A stretch of DNA of 63,828 bases, filler included, from Collodictyon triciliatum (lineage: Eukaryota), in the NCBI GenBank assembly GCA_043381765.1. It is 10 parts of 10 records of this genome, joined end to end, with 100 filler letters (N's around TTAATTAATTAA, not from the genome) between each part and the next. Parts side by side here need not be neighbours in the genome. Positions count along the whole stretch, not along the records: positions 6,544 to 12,987 come from JBHJMP010004449.1; positions 13,088 to 19,526 come from JBHJMP010004450.1; positions 19,627 to 26,068 come from JBHJMP010004451.1; 7 more parts are not named here. One strand, written 5' to 3'. The notes below the pieces were generated by a model. The model ran no database searches. It was given only the letters and a program-made list of their open reading frames with translations, and was not told the DNA's origin. Position numbers and translations under genes: made by a program. Every line of letters begins with the position of its first letter. Within the stretch, counting starts at the first letter, position 1. Positions 11,721 to 22,566 of the stretch are shown piece by piece.

Positions 11721-13087
11721 TCCTGGCCCCTCCAGGAATGGGCTTTGTCAGTGTCGCGGATGCCGAAGAGTTTGTCACTTATCTCGAGAAGTCCACTACG
11801 TAGTTGCATCCAAATCTGAAAATACAAACGAAATAAGCAACTCGAGTTTGATATCCTCATCGACGGTCATGTGAGAGTTCTTATTTAGAGTTCAAGATCT
11901 TCCTCATGCAAGCTGAACTAATATTGGAGGAGACCAGACAGTCGCAGGCTCGGCATTTCTCAACCATCTCTCATTCCATTTGTTATAATTTGCGAGTTTT
12001 GAGGCTTCTGCTCAGCCATTTGTTGATTTCTGTCCTTATTGCCCATACATCCCTGAGGCATACGCAGGATAATAATTTCCCTGACAGAAACTCTGCAGCT
12101 TTCCTTCTTTGTTAATATAATAGTAAGAGGAAAGGCAAAATAAAAAAAAAACTTTCATAAAGCGTACATGTGAACAAAAGCAGGTTGAACTGAAGTAAAA
12201 GCGTCTGAACTTATTCCATAAATAGAAATAACCTAAAATACACAAAAGCGGATATTATATAGTATATTTACTTTTTTCGACACTGTCATTCTGTTAATTT
12301 ATACAATCACAATAATTAAATTGCATGTTGCATTAATGATAATAAATACATATTTCACAGAATTTCATTGCATGTTCGGTATTCAGAATGCACACATCCA
12401 CCGCGTGCGCTAATCAAGAACAACCCCACAAGTCCAAGGAATCGGGGCTACTGAATACTATGATGATAGTAAAAATAGCTAATGACCCGAAACAGAACAG
12501 CAACGTTGATTAAAATGGCGCTAGTTATCTAAAAGCTGCAGTGTCTTTTGTTCAGAATTAGGTTATTTCTTTGAATGGTTCAAGATTTGTGGCTATTTTA
12601 TAACCAAATTTGGAAAATAAGAAAATTTTTCTTCGCATTGGTTCGTTTTTACTGAATTAAAAGTTTTATATCTTATTTTGAAAAAATTCTAAGAATTCTC
12701 GTAGAAAACCAAAACCAATCAAATCTGGAAATATTATAAATTGGAAAATATAATTAATGTATCATTAAAATTTAAGGAAATCAGAACTGAGATACGTATT
12801 AAATATCCCTAACGTAATATTCCACCTCATGCTATTTATTCATATTCTCGAACCCTTACCGCCCTCAATTAATGTTGGTACTATTTGTCAATTTACAAAA
12901 GCACGCGAGTGGAGTATCGTATCATATGTACTTTTTTTTTTTTTTATTCTAAAAGTCTTAGCTGTTGAGCCCGTCTCAACAATCTTTNNNNNNNNNNNNN
13001 NNNNNNNNNNNNNNNNNNNNNNNNNNNNNNNTTAATTAATTAANNNNNNNNNNNNNNNNNNNNNNNNNNNNNNNNNNNNNNNNNNNN

Positions 13088-15333
13088 TTGTACATAGTCA
13101 TAGTCCTGTGAATTCAACAAAGACAATTCCATAGTTAAATCAAATTTATTTCATCAAATAAAGTATTTTGCCACGTATATAAAAAAAAATAGATCAATTG
13201 ATATACCCCAACGTGCTTATCGTCAACAACTAACTGAGGTACTGCGATGGTATTGCTATAAATATATTGGAAGTAAATTGGCGAATATAATATAAATGGT
13301 AAAAAAAAAATTTAAAACAAAAGGTAGACAATACGGGACAGAATAGACCAAAGAATAGTCAATCGTATAAAGATACAGACCAGGTTGCCATCATTTCTTT
13401 CTTCTTTTTCGGATTTTCCATGAGATCAATCAACTGAAATATTCAAGAATGAAAATAAAAAATAAATTCAAGTTAAATAAAAAGCCAAGTTATTATGGGT
13501 AAGTGGGAAGTCTGAATGCTATTTTTCTACAAACTTTTATAATGCAGAATATTGAAGTTTTAAGTGGAATCATCTGGGGTAGAATATTAAAAAATAAAAA
13601 AATAAAAAAATAAGGGAAAGTACTTCAAATTCCACTCTCTTAGCTTCCAAAAGGAACTTCATTCGGCGAATATTTGTTTCGGCGACGAGCGAGCCCGGCG
13701 CATAAGATGTGTACATAAGAACCTTCGTTTCCTTCACTTTCGGGAGAATCGGTGTGGAGCTTGTTTGTGAGCTCGTTAAGGTTATTTCTATTCTTCGTTT
13801 TCAGAGAGGATTGGTAATAAATAATATTGTGGCGGCACATAATCTGTGCGCTCTGTTTGATTATACATCAAATGTTAAGGATATGTATGGTAGCTTTAAG
13901 TCTTTCTTGAGGAATAATAACAGGGGGCTTTTCGAGGCATTCCAGAGGGATTCCGTTCTGTCTCGCAATCACAGCGTCGTGCTCTTCTCGTGGCTGTTGA
14001 GAATTTTTTTTGTTTAATTTGATGGATATATATAAATGACATTTCATATTGAATGGTCATATTGCTGTAACTGTTACAAGAAAAAGGATAGAAAATTAGA
14101 ATTCAAAAAAAAATATGGGGAGGTGGGGTGATTCACGCTGAGTTATAATCCACTTGTATTATTCAAGACGGCTGTATGCATACTTTTTCTAACGGAAGAG
14201 GAAATCCACTGAATTGAGACATGATGGCGGCAACCAGGGGTAATATTGCTTTTAAGTCATGCGAAAAAATTCCTTCGGTGAAGATAACAGATTGAGCGTC
14301 AGATATACGTTTATGTGGCCCGTATATATGATGATGCTCATAATAATAATAAAAATATTTAAGACTAAAACACGACAACATTATCTCAATTTGCTCAAAA
14401 GAGTCAGGTAATACAAATTTCCATCAGTGCAAAGATTCGAAATACTTAAGATCGTAAGCAAACTCACCATCGAAATTGGCCAACCTTTTGAAGTATCCTC
14501 CTTCCTTCTCAATTTCAGTAAGAACATACTTCAAATTCTTTGCTGCCTCTTCACTAAAAGGAAATAGAAATGGGAGTCATCATTATCATAGTGTTTCTAG
14601 GTTGGTGTCTCCACGGGTGGAATTTTTAAAATAAAAAGGGTTATAGTCCACTCGCAAGCTTCTCAACAAAACATAATTAATTGTTAATATATATTTCAAA
14701 TCAGTCCATCATGTTAGATAACAATGCTTGCCTTGTGCTTGGAGCGAGATTTAGATGGCGTAGTTCTTTCCCACGAAAGTACCCAAGAAGTAAGCCAAGA
14801 TAAACACCATTGGATAAATCAGTGCGGATATTGAATATTTGGATATGTTTCCCAGCGAGGTGGCCATTAATCCACTTTGTAAAGACCTGGAAATCACATG
14901 GTCAGTTAATCTCTACAAGTATGAATTAAGAGACATAATGATAAAGTTCCTTTGAGTGTCTTGATCTAATAATTACAGCACTCAACTATAATTTTGAAAA
15001 TAAGAAAACAATTAAATAGACTAGTGTCTTAAGAGTCACGGTTTCCAATATGATTCCCATATATTGGTGGCAGCCCTTCCGAAAGAAAAGAAGAAGAAAA
15101 AGAAAAAGAAAAGAGGAAACTGAAGAAAAAGAAAAAAGAAAAATAGAAGAAAAGAGGAAACGAAGAAAAGAAGAAACTAAAGAAAAAGAGAAGAGGAAAC
15201 TGAAGAAAAAGAAGAAAAGGAAAAGAAAAAGAAAAGAAGAAAAAGACGAAACGAAAACGAAAACGAAAACTAGGCTTACTGGCCAACCGACAATAATGCT
15301 GGTGGTACCCTTTTGGAACGGCGAGTCACTCAT
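13088..15333 (-). CDS. Calponin-homology (parvin/actinin-type) domain + SH3BGR/glutaredoxin-like domain protein; 3' end cut by linker
   Basis: Spliced sequence: VFTKWINGHL...TDLSNGVYLGLLLG...EEAAKNLKYVL...DLKAILPLV (CH), then KVLMYTSYAPGS...MKFLLEAKRVEFE-LIDLMENP...TIAVPQLVVDDKHVG-DYD (Grx/SH3BGR). Start codon uncertain. Confidence 0.8.
13767..13884 (-). other. U12-type (minor spliceosome) AT-AC intron, 118 nt
   Basis: 5' end ATATCCTT, branch CCTTAAC 8 nt before the 3' end, terminal ...CAC. Removal restores the frame (KATI-Q-TSSTPILPK) into the Grx-like domain. Confidence 0.85.
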
Positions 15334-16069
15334 CTGCTCTGCACTGAATTAGAACAACAAAGATTCTCAAAAATCGGATGAGAAAAGACGCGGAGTTTTT
15401 GGGTTGCGTATCACTTGATCAAGATCATATTCAATATATTTATTGCAAGAAATATATTATGTTAAAGCAGTTCAGCAGCGGATTTGGGCCTCATTTCAAC
15501 TAAATCCTTATGCTGGCTTCATGCTTCTACCCAAGAGCCCTGGATTGTTTGTGTGTGTTTTTTCTTTTTCTGTTTTGTTCTGTTTTGTTCTATTTTGTTC
15601 TGTTTTGTTCTGTTCTGTTCTGTTTTGTTCTGTTTTGTTCTGTTTTGTTCTCTCTTGTTCTGTTGCTTTTCTTTTGGCTCTTCAGTGTCCTTCGGATCTG
15701 TATTCCTTCAATATGTGCGACTTTCGCCCTGCCTCTCCCGCAATGCCCTGTCTGACTGGCCAGATTCCCGCGTGTTCGTTGCGCCCGTGGAACAAACCTG
15801 ATTCAAACGGTGTGGGGGATTCGGGGCAGAATATATTCGGTACATCCTATTTCTGGAAATAATCTCAAAATTGTGCTGATTAAGGATTATTCAAACCAGC
15901 TTCGTGTGGCTGCCCGCCTAGTATCCAACATCAGCCATCCAGTGACCTTTGACTTTCATTTCAGTGATCATAATTAATATAAACTTATTATGTAATTTGT
16001 ATTATTATGGATAAATTATGGTACGTAAAATAAAATTACAAATAGTAATATAATATCCACAATTGAATA

Positions 16070-16410
16070 AGGAGGGAAACGGCCGCTACCGATAGCGATG
16101 ACCACAACCACCATTCTGCACACAGGCCGACAAGATGAATCAAGCAGCCCGATGCTTAAATGTCACAAAGCAATCCCACTTCCTTCAGAATCCTCAAAGG
16201 TCAGAACCGACGCAGTATGATCGCTCAACTTCAAGACCAGAGATCATAATATCTCGAGGAAGCCCTCGCCTGGAATCTGGACTCTCTTTCTCTTGCCTAT
16301 TGCAATCGATCGCAACTTACACGACTTCCCTTGATATTTACACTCTTTCTTGTTTTGCTCTTGGCTCACTCTATGACTTCACGCAATGATGAAACGCGAA
16401 AAAAAAAAAA
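16070..16410 (+). mobile_element. Possible 3' end of a second, unrelated retroelement
   Basis: GC-elevated intergenic block with a pyrimidine-rich 3' part ending GATGAAACGCG-A12; no TSD or second copy seen. Confidence 0.3.
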
Positions 16411-16559
16411 GCCCTTTCCTATATTGTGTTTCGTATTCTGAGATCCGTTTGAACCACATATCTTTGCAACTGGTCGAGTGCATTTCCTCTTCACAAAACT
16501 CATCCAGACCCACTTTCTCTTCACAGAAACTTACTTTTGCCCAAAGCTCCAGCACGCAA

Positions 16560-18083
16560 ATGTCCGCAGGTAAGATCCTACCCACCCTAGCAGAGAAGAG
16601 ACCCTTCTCACTCTTTTGACACAATTCTGTGACAAACGCCACAGTTTTATTTTAAATCCATTTAATTTTTTTAAAAGAATCAAACTAACCAATAACAATC
16701 CTTTTGGGCAACCGTCACGACACCTATCCACAGACGTAAGTTTTTTTATTTATGAAAACAGAACTGACTCAGCTTAATATCCATGTCTGCAAAGAAAAGG
16801 AATACCTATTCTGTAAAGTCGCAAACGTCTTTGAAAGAATAATTAATTTTTTTTTTTACAAAAATAAAATACAAAAAAAAAAAACAAAAACAAAATGAAA
16901 ACAACGAGCTCAACTCGACTCAACACAGCCTTTTACTAAGCAAATGACGAAACCAAACAACCTTTTGCACACAGACTCCCGCCTCCGTCAAGGACTTCAT
17001 CAACAAGCTCCCCGCAGCAACCCAGACACTTGTCGCTGAGCTCCGCGAGCTCCAAGCACAGCGCACAAAACTGGAAGGCAAACTGGAGGAAGAGATCGAA
17101 GCTCTGCACGAAAAGTACGACAAACTGTACCAGCCGCTTTATGACAAGCGCAGCACGCTGCTGACAAAGCCGGACGGCTCGCTGCCCAGATTCTGGCTAG
17201 AAGTGCTCAAGAAGGCGCCAGTTGTGCGGGACATGATCACCGAAAAGGACGAGCCGGTACTCGAATACTTGCAGGACATCAAGCTGACGGAAAACAAAAA
17301 GTCAGGCTTCACCCTGAGCTTTCACTTCAAGAGCAATCCGTATTTCCGCAACAATGTGCTGACCAAAGAGTTTCAGGAGTCTGAGGCAGACGAATCTGCC
17401 GGCGGCGCAAAAAGCCTGCTCGGCGACGATGTCCGTCTGTCGTCCAAGGGCACAAAGATCGACTGGCAGGTGGGCAAGGATTTCACCACAAAGAGTGTCA
17501 CAAAGAAGCAGCGCCACAAGACTACCGGCCAGCCACGCGAGGTTACCAGACAGACGCTGGAGCAAAGCTTCTTCCACTTCTTTTCTGACGTCAACGAGGA
17601 AGTCGTCGACAAGCTCACGGATAAGGACCCTGAGAACATGCCACAGGTCATTCTGGCCGATGTGGAGGTTGGCTCGGTCATCCGTGAGAGAGTCATCCCC
17701 TTTGCCGTCTCCATCTTCACCGGTGAGATGGTGATTCTGGGAGAGGAAGAGGAAGAGGATGAAGAAGACGAAGATGAGGAGGATGATGAAGACGAGGATG
17801 GAGACGACGGAGAAGATGACGACGATGAAGACGAGGAGGAAGAGGAGGAGCCAAAGAAGGCTGCGGCCACAAAGGGCGGGAAGAAGGCTGGAAAGAAGGG
17901 TGCTGGTGCCGAGAAGGTATTGTGAATTGTATTATGTTCACATAGGGCGAATGAGTGTCTATCTATGTCGTCTCTTTTGCGTCTGCTGCCTCGTAATTGA
18001 TATTCTGTATAAATCCACGTTTCACTTATTCCGTTCTCGATTCTGACATGGTACCTCCCTAGCCCGAGTGCAAGCAACAATAA
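16560..18083 (+). CDS. NAP1: Nucleosome assembly protein 1 (NAP1 family)
   Basis: Main exon 16975-17916: KYDKLYQPLYDKR, PRFWLEVLK, DEPVLEYLQDI, FHFKSNPYFRNNVLTK, SFFHFF, acidic tail. The last exon 18063-18083 gives the NAP1-typical PECKQQ* prenylation motif. 5' exons are inferred. Confidence 0.93.
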
Positions 18084-18319
18084 TGACTGATTGGCGACAT
18101 ATGACGGATTCATGCCAAGTACTCGATCCGGGTTCTGGAGATCACACCTGAGGATGCATTCTGATTTAGTTCTCTAATCCCAGATAAAATAAATCTAAAA
18201 AAAAAAGAAAGATCTTTTGGTGTTTTGTGGGTGTCAGATTTGAAGTATCATGTTTTTGTTAATTTCTCGATTCCTCGCCTTGATAATATACCAGAAAGCA
18301 GCATCGCAGATAGAAAGCA

Positions 18320-18680
18320 TTGTTTTCTTTCTCTTTTTTTCTTTTTCTTTTTCTTTTTTTTTCCATTTCTTTTTCTCTTTTTCTTTTTCTTTTTTTTTTC
18401 CATTTCTTTTTCTTTTTTTCTTTCTCTTTTTCTTTTTCTTTCTCTTTCTCTTTCTCTTTCTCTTTCTCTTTCTCTTTCTCTTTCTCTTCCTCTTTCTCTT
18501 TCTCTTTTTCTTTTTCTTTCTCTTTCTCTTTCTCTTTCTCTTTTTCTTTTCTTTTTCTTTTTCTCTTTCTCTTTCTCTTTCTCTTTCTCTTTTTCTTTTT
18601 CTTTTTCTTTTTCTTTTTCTTTTTCTTTTTCTTTTTCTTTTTCTTTTTCTTTTTCTTTTTCTTTTTCTTTTTCTTTTTCT
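18320..18680 (+). repeat. (TTTTTC)/(TCTCTT)n pyrimidine microsatellite
   Basis: Direct inspection. Confidence 0.95.
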
Positions 18681-18689
18681 CGATATGGT

Positions 18690-19526
18690 ACTTCTTTTCT
18701 ACCTTTATGTAAGGACTGGCAACATCCCGTATCAGCCGTGATTGCGGACTGGGTTCCTCATCGCTTGAATCAAATACATAGCCCCACAAGTACTCGCGCC
18801 TACCACAACCGACCATATGAATACGATAGCCAACATCTGCCACAGAGCTCTGCGCACAACACACCATATCGGGGAGTGGAACTTCTCCTTGTACTCGGGT
18901 CTCAAACCCTGGACGGTAGAAAAAAGCATATGTTTATTAGCCACACAGACGCAAACCCAACCACAGCCATCCTGAACAACAAAGGAGAATGGCGCTCACG
19001 ACGTCCCATCTCATACGGAGCGCCATCGCCATTTTTCTTTCGCCTGAAGAACCAAAGGCGGTCCATTACGCCTGACTCTCCGCAATTCTCGATGGCCATG
19101 TTATACTCCAAGCTGTTTCGATATAAAATCATCAGTCCGAATCCCTACAAACCGGAGAAAACCAGTCGTTGGGCCGAAACTATAGGCATTATAGAGCCGC
19201 CGATAGTCAAAAGCTGAAAGCATGCCCGTATACCTCAGTTACTTCCGAAACACCGCGCCCTACTTCTCAATATCTCCAACAGAGAGCTGTGGATAGGTGG
19301 GCTTGTAGTTCATGCAACAACGACCTCTCCAGAAAGCACCATGTGTCATAGTGGAGATGACTCTATCGAACACACATTTGTGAAGTGCTCTCTGGCTTAA
19401 AAAGTGACAGAATCTAACCACAAGATGCTCTCTGAGCTTGACTATGCTCCCAACCGACTCAGCGCGTCTGACATCCTGTTTGGCCCACAATACCAAATGA
19501 CCCACGACTCTAGAATACTCTGGACA
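18690..19526 (+). mobile_element. Degenerate L1/Tx1-clade LINE ORF2, zf-RVT/CCHC region
   Basis: ...KS*KHARIPQLLPKHRALLLNISNRELW...STMCHSGDDSIEHTFVKCSLA*KV...DILFG resembles the C-terminal CCHC knuckle of L1/Tx1 ORF2. It is homologous to 9130-9320, where the stop at 19215 is TGG. Confidence 0.78.
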
Positions 19527-19626
19527 NNNNNNNNNNNNNNNNNNNNNNNNNNNNNNNNNNNNNNNNNNNNTTAATTAATTAANNNNNNNNNNNNNNNNNN
19601 NNNNNNNNNNNNNNNNNNNNNNNNNN

Positions 19627-19657
<31 letters not shown>

Positions 19658-19771
19658 CAAACTCCCAGTTTTCAATATAACATTGACAAATACGCTCATA
19701 TGAATTTTCCTTAATACGTCGTTATCTGAAACTTTTTCTTCCAAAATAATTTTTTTGTTTCATTATTACAG

Positions 19772-22170
19772 CCAGATGGAACAAAGTTTCTTGTAGATTT
19801 GCGGGCTGATTTATTGGTTTGCAGGAAAAATAGTATTTCACCTTAACTTTCGCATGGAGATTGAAAGACAAAATTTTCTCATCCTAATTAAGTGTTTTTT
19901 TTTAGTTTAATGAATATCAGGTGCTCATATTATTTATCATTATTTTTACATATATATTAGGATGCAATAGCAACAAATCCTTCAAACATGAAACTCAAAT
20001 CCATGGACGATTGTTTGAAAAGGTTCTCATTCTTCTTGTCATGAAACTCTCTTAACTTTTATTATCTGATAAGATTAAGGACTAAGATGTGACATTTATT
20101 CATATTCACCTATAGGCTTCTTGCCACCTGGTTCACCGTTGGGTTGTTAGAGCTGCGTCACATCACGTGGAGAACTTCAACAGACCTTCTCGAGAAGGTG
20201 TTTATGTTTTTATTCAAGTTCATTTTTACCGTGAACCCTCTGACTATATATTTAACCCCAGATCAAGAATTATGAAGCCGTTCATCCGATTCCCGATTGG
20301 AAATATCTCAAAAGCCGTGTTGACCATCCAAAGCGTCGTTGCTATGCTTTCTTCCATCCTACGTATATCGCTTCATACTTATATAAAAAGTGTAGATAAA
20401 AAAGCCAAGAATGATGCTTTATGTTTATCTGGAAGCACTAAAGAAGTAAACATGGCACATGTTGTTATCTGCTGAAACATCAAGATTAAAATTTGAAGAG
20501 ACACACATAATTCAACACAGAATGCCTCGCGAGCCTCTTGTATTTGTACATGTCGCCTTATTGGATAAGCTTGCAGATAATATCCATGTTTGCTTTTCAT
20601 TCTTCTATATTTTGCCTGGGTATTACATAGTTCTGTACTATTTTACTTTCAAATCAATTTCTAACTTTTGTGTTATTTTGTTTCAATCTAATATTAAACA
20701 AAAAAAAAAAAGTCGATTCTCGAGGGTGCAGTGAAATCAGTCGATGATGGGTCAACAATCACACACGCCATTTTCTATTCTATATCATCGACTCAAAAAG
20801 GTTTTTTTTATGAAAAAGAGAGAGAATATATGTTATTATGAATGACCGACACCAGGTTTTTTTCGTCTGACCTTTTAATATCTATATAAATGCACGATTA
20901 TACAGGACTTCGAAACATCGACCTAGGAAATTTTTTGATCAAGCGCGTTGTTATGACTTTAAAGTAATTACACTTTTATTTAGTTTACATTATCTACTAC
21001 CCTAATATATTTTAAAATAATCTGACATGGGATATGGAATTTGAAACTCGAATACTACCACAAGGGATGAGTTTCCTACCCTGAGGACTTTTGCGACACT
21101 CTCTCCAATTCCGGGCTTTCGTCAGTGGCTTAGCCACCAATTCAAGCTTGTTGCTGACAAAAATATCGAATTATGTGATTATCAATTAACGAGTAGAAAG
21201 CTATGCTATTCCATCTTTTCCTACCCAAAAGCGTTCTTGATGTAAAGCTGATTTTTAGGATTTATTATATTGATGACTTTACTAACAAAGTATTGAATAG
21301 CAAACGTTTTCTACCAGTACGAAATCGAGCAAATCCAAAAGTTAAGTGGTAATCAGAATGTGTGCCAAGGATTGACGGTAAAATACTCATTTGAGCTCTA
21401 ATATAATTTATCATCCAAAATGCTGTTTTTTTTTTATCATTATTATTAAAGAGAATTCTATATTCAATATTTGCAAGATCTTTAATGTTGACCTGTCGTG
21501 TCCAATTTGTGCTACTTTCCTTTTTTCTTAATATTCGGTAGGAACTCATGGATAAAATGACGCTAGAAAATTCACATACCATCCGTGATATTATACTGCG
21601 TCTTTGTGCAAGATATTTATATACTGAAAAGAAAGATAACCACGCAATAGACCCTGGTTGGTTACTTGCATCCCCAAGCCGGACACAAAACAAACATATG
21701 TATATAATAAATGCTTCCTATTCTTCTTGAAGGCGAGAGCTATGCCACGCACAAGACTCGATACTGATTACTTTTCTCCTGAGTCAGTGGCCAACTTCCA
21801 TCTTCAAAACGGTGCCTCTATGGGTCGATTAAACTTCTTGGCAAATCTCTCACCAAACGGTGTGAAGCAATCTGCAACGATGATGATCAACTATGAATAT
21901 AAGTTCGATATTGTTTAATGACTTGTCAGTCTATCAATTTGCGTTATTATCTGTATTTTTTTTTTTTTTTGCGTATTTCAATCTCCGTAGTATTGAAATC
22001 CTTAATGCTGAAATAGCCTCAATAACATCGAGCAAAACAATCGCTCCTATTGGGAAGAGGGTGTCATTCATGCATCCAGTGGTATCATCGAATTGGCACG
22101 AAAAGGTTTTCGATTAGTATATTTTCATTCTGGTCGGTTGCATATGCCCCAAAATCAACCGGCTTGTTAA
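19772..22170 (+). CDS. MLYCD: Malonyl-CoA decarboxylase, 5'-partial, ~12 exons
   Basis: Spliced motifs [104 protein letters not shown], NYEY. Confidence 0.93.
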
Positions 22171-22566
22171 AACTTTAGCCACAAACACTAAGTCGTGAGT
22201 ATTAATTCAAGTATGATTTCTTCCAAGGTATTTCAAAGCTATAATGAGGAGAACTACCCTTTCCTCGTTTGGTGCAAATGCCTTCGAAGTTTCCTTAATA
22301 AAATAACTCAATTCGAAGACAGTCGAGCCCTCAGAATTCTCCTGTAGTCTCTTCAATTTCTATTTCCATTTCCTTTTTTTAAAAAAATGAGTCGATTCTT
22401 TCACTACATTCATTTTTTTTTTTTTATTCTTCCTTTCAATTTGATACTTTCATCGTATTCATATAAGTAGATATGCTGGACAGGCTCATATTTGCTCCTT
22501 TATTAAACTGCAGCAAAATTCCCTTCTCATTTTCCCCTTCCCGTCTTCTTCCTTTCTTCTTTTCAT

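Noticed and set aside
7485-11894. 13-nt direct repeat TATTTAGAGTTCA (7485 and 11882) as the TSD of a 4.4-kb insertion
   Set aside because: No terminal repeats or tail at the implied ends; AT-rich chance match is plausible.
14690-14887. CH-domain exon as a pseudogene because of the downstream TGA
   Set aside because: The stop lies in the intron once the GC donor at 14731 is used, and the frame continues into the next exon.
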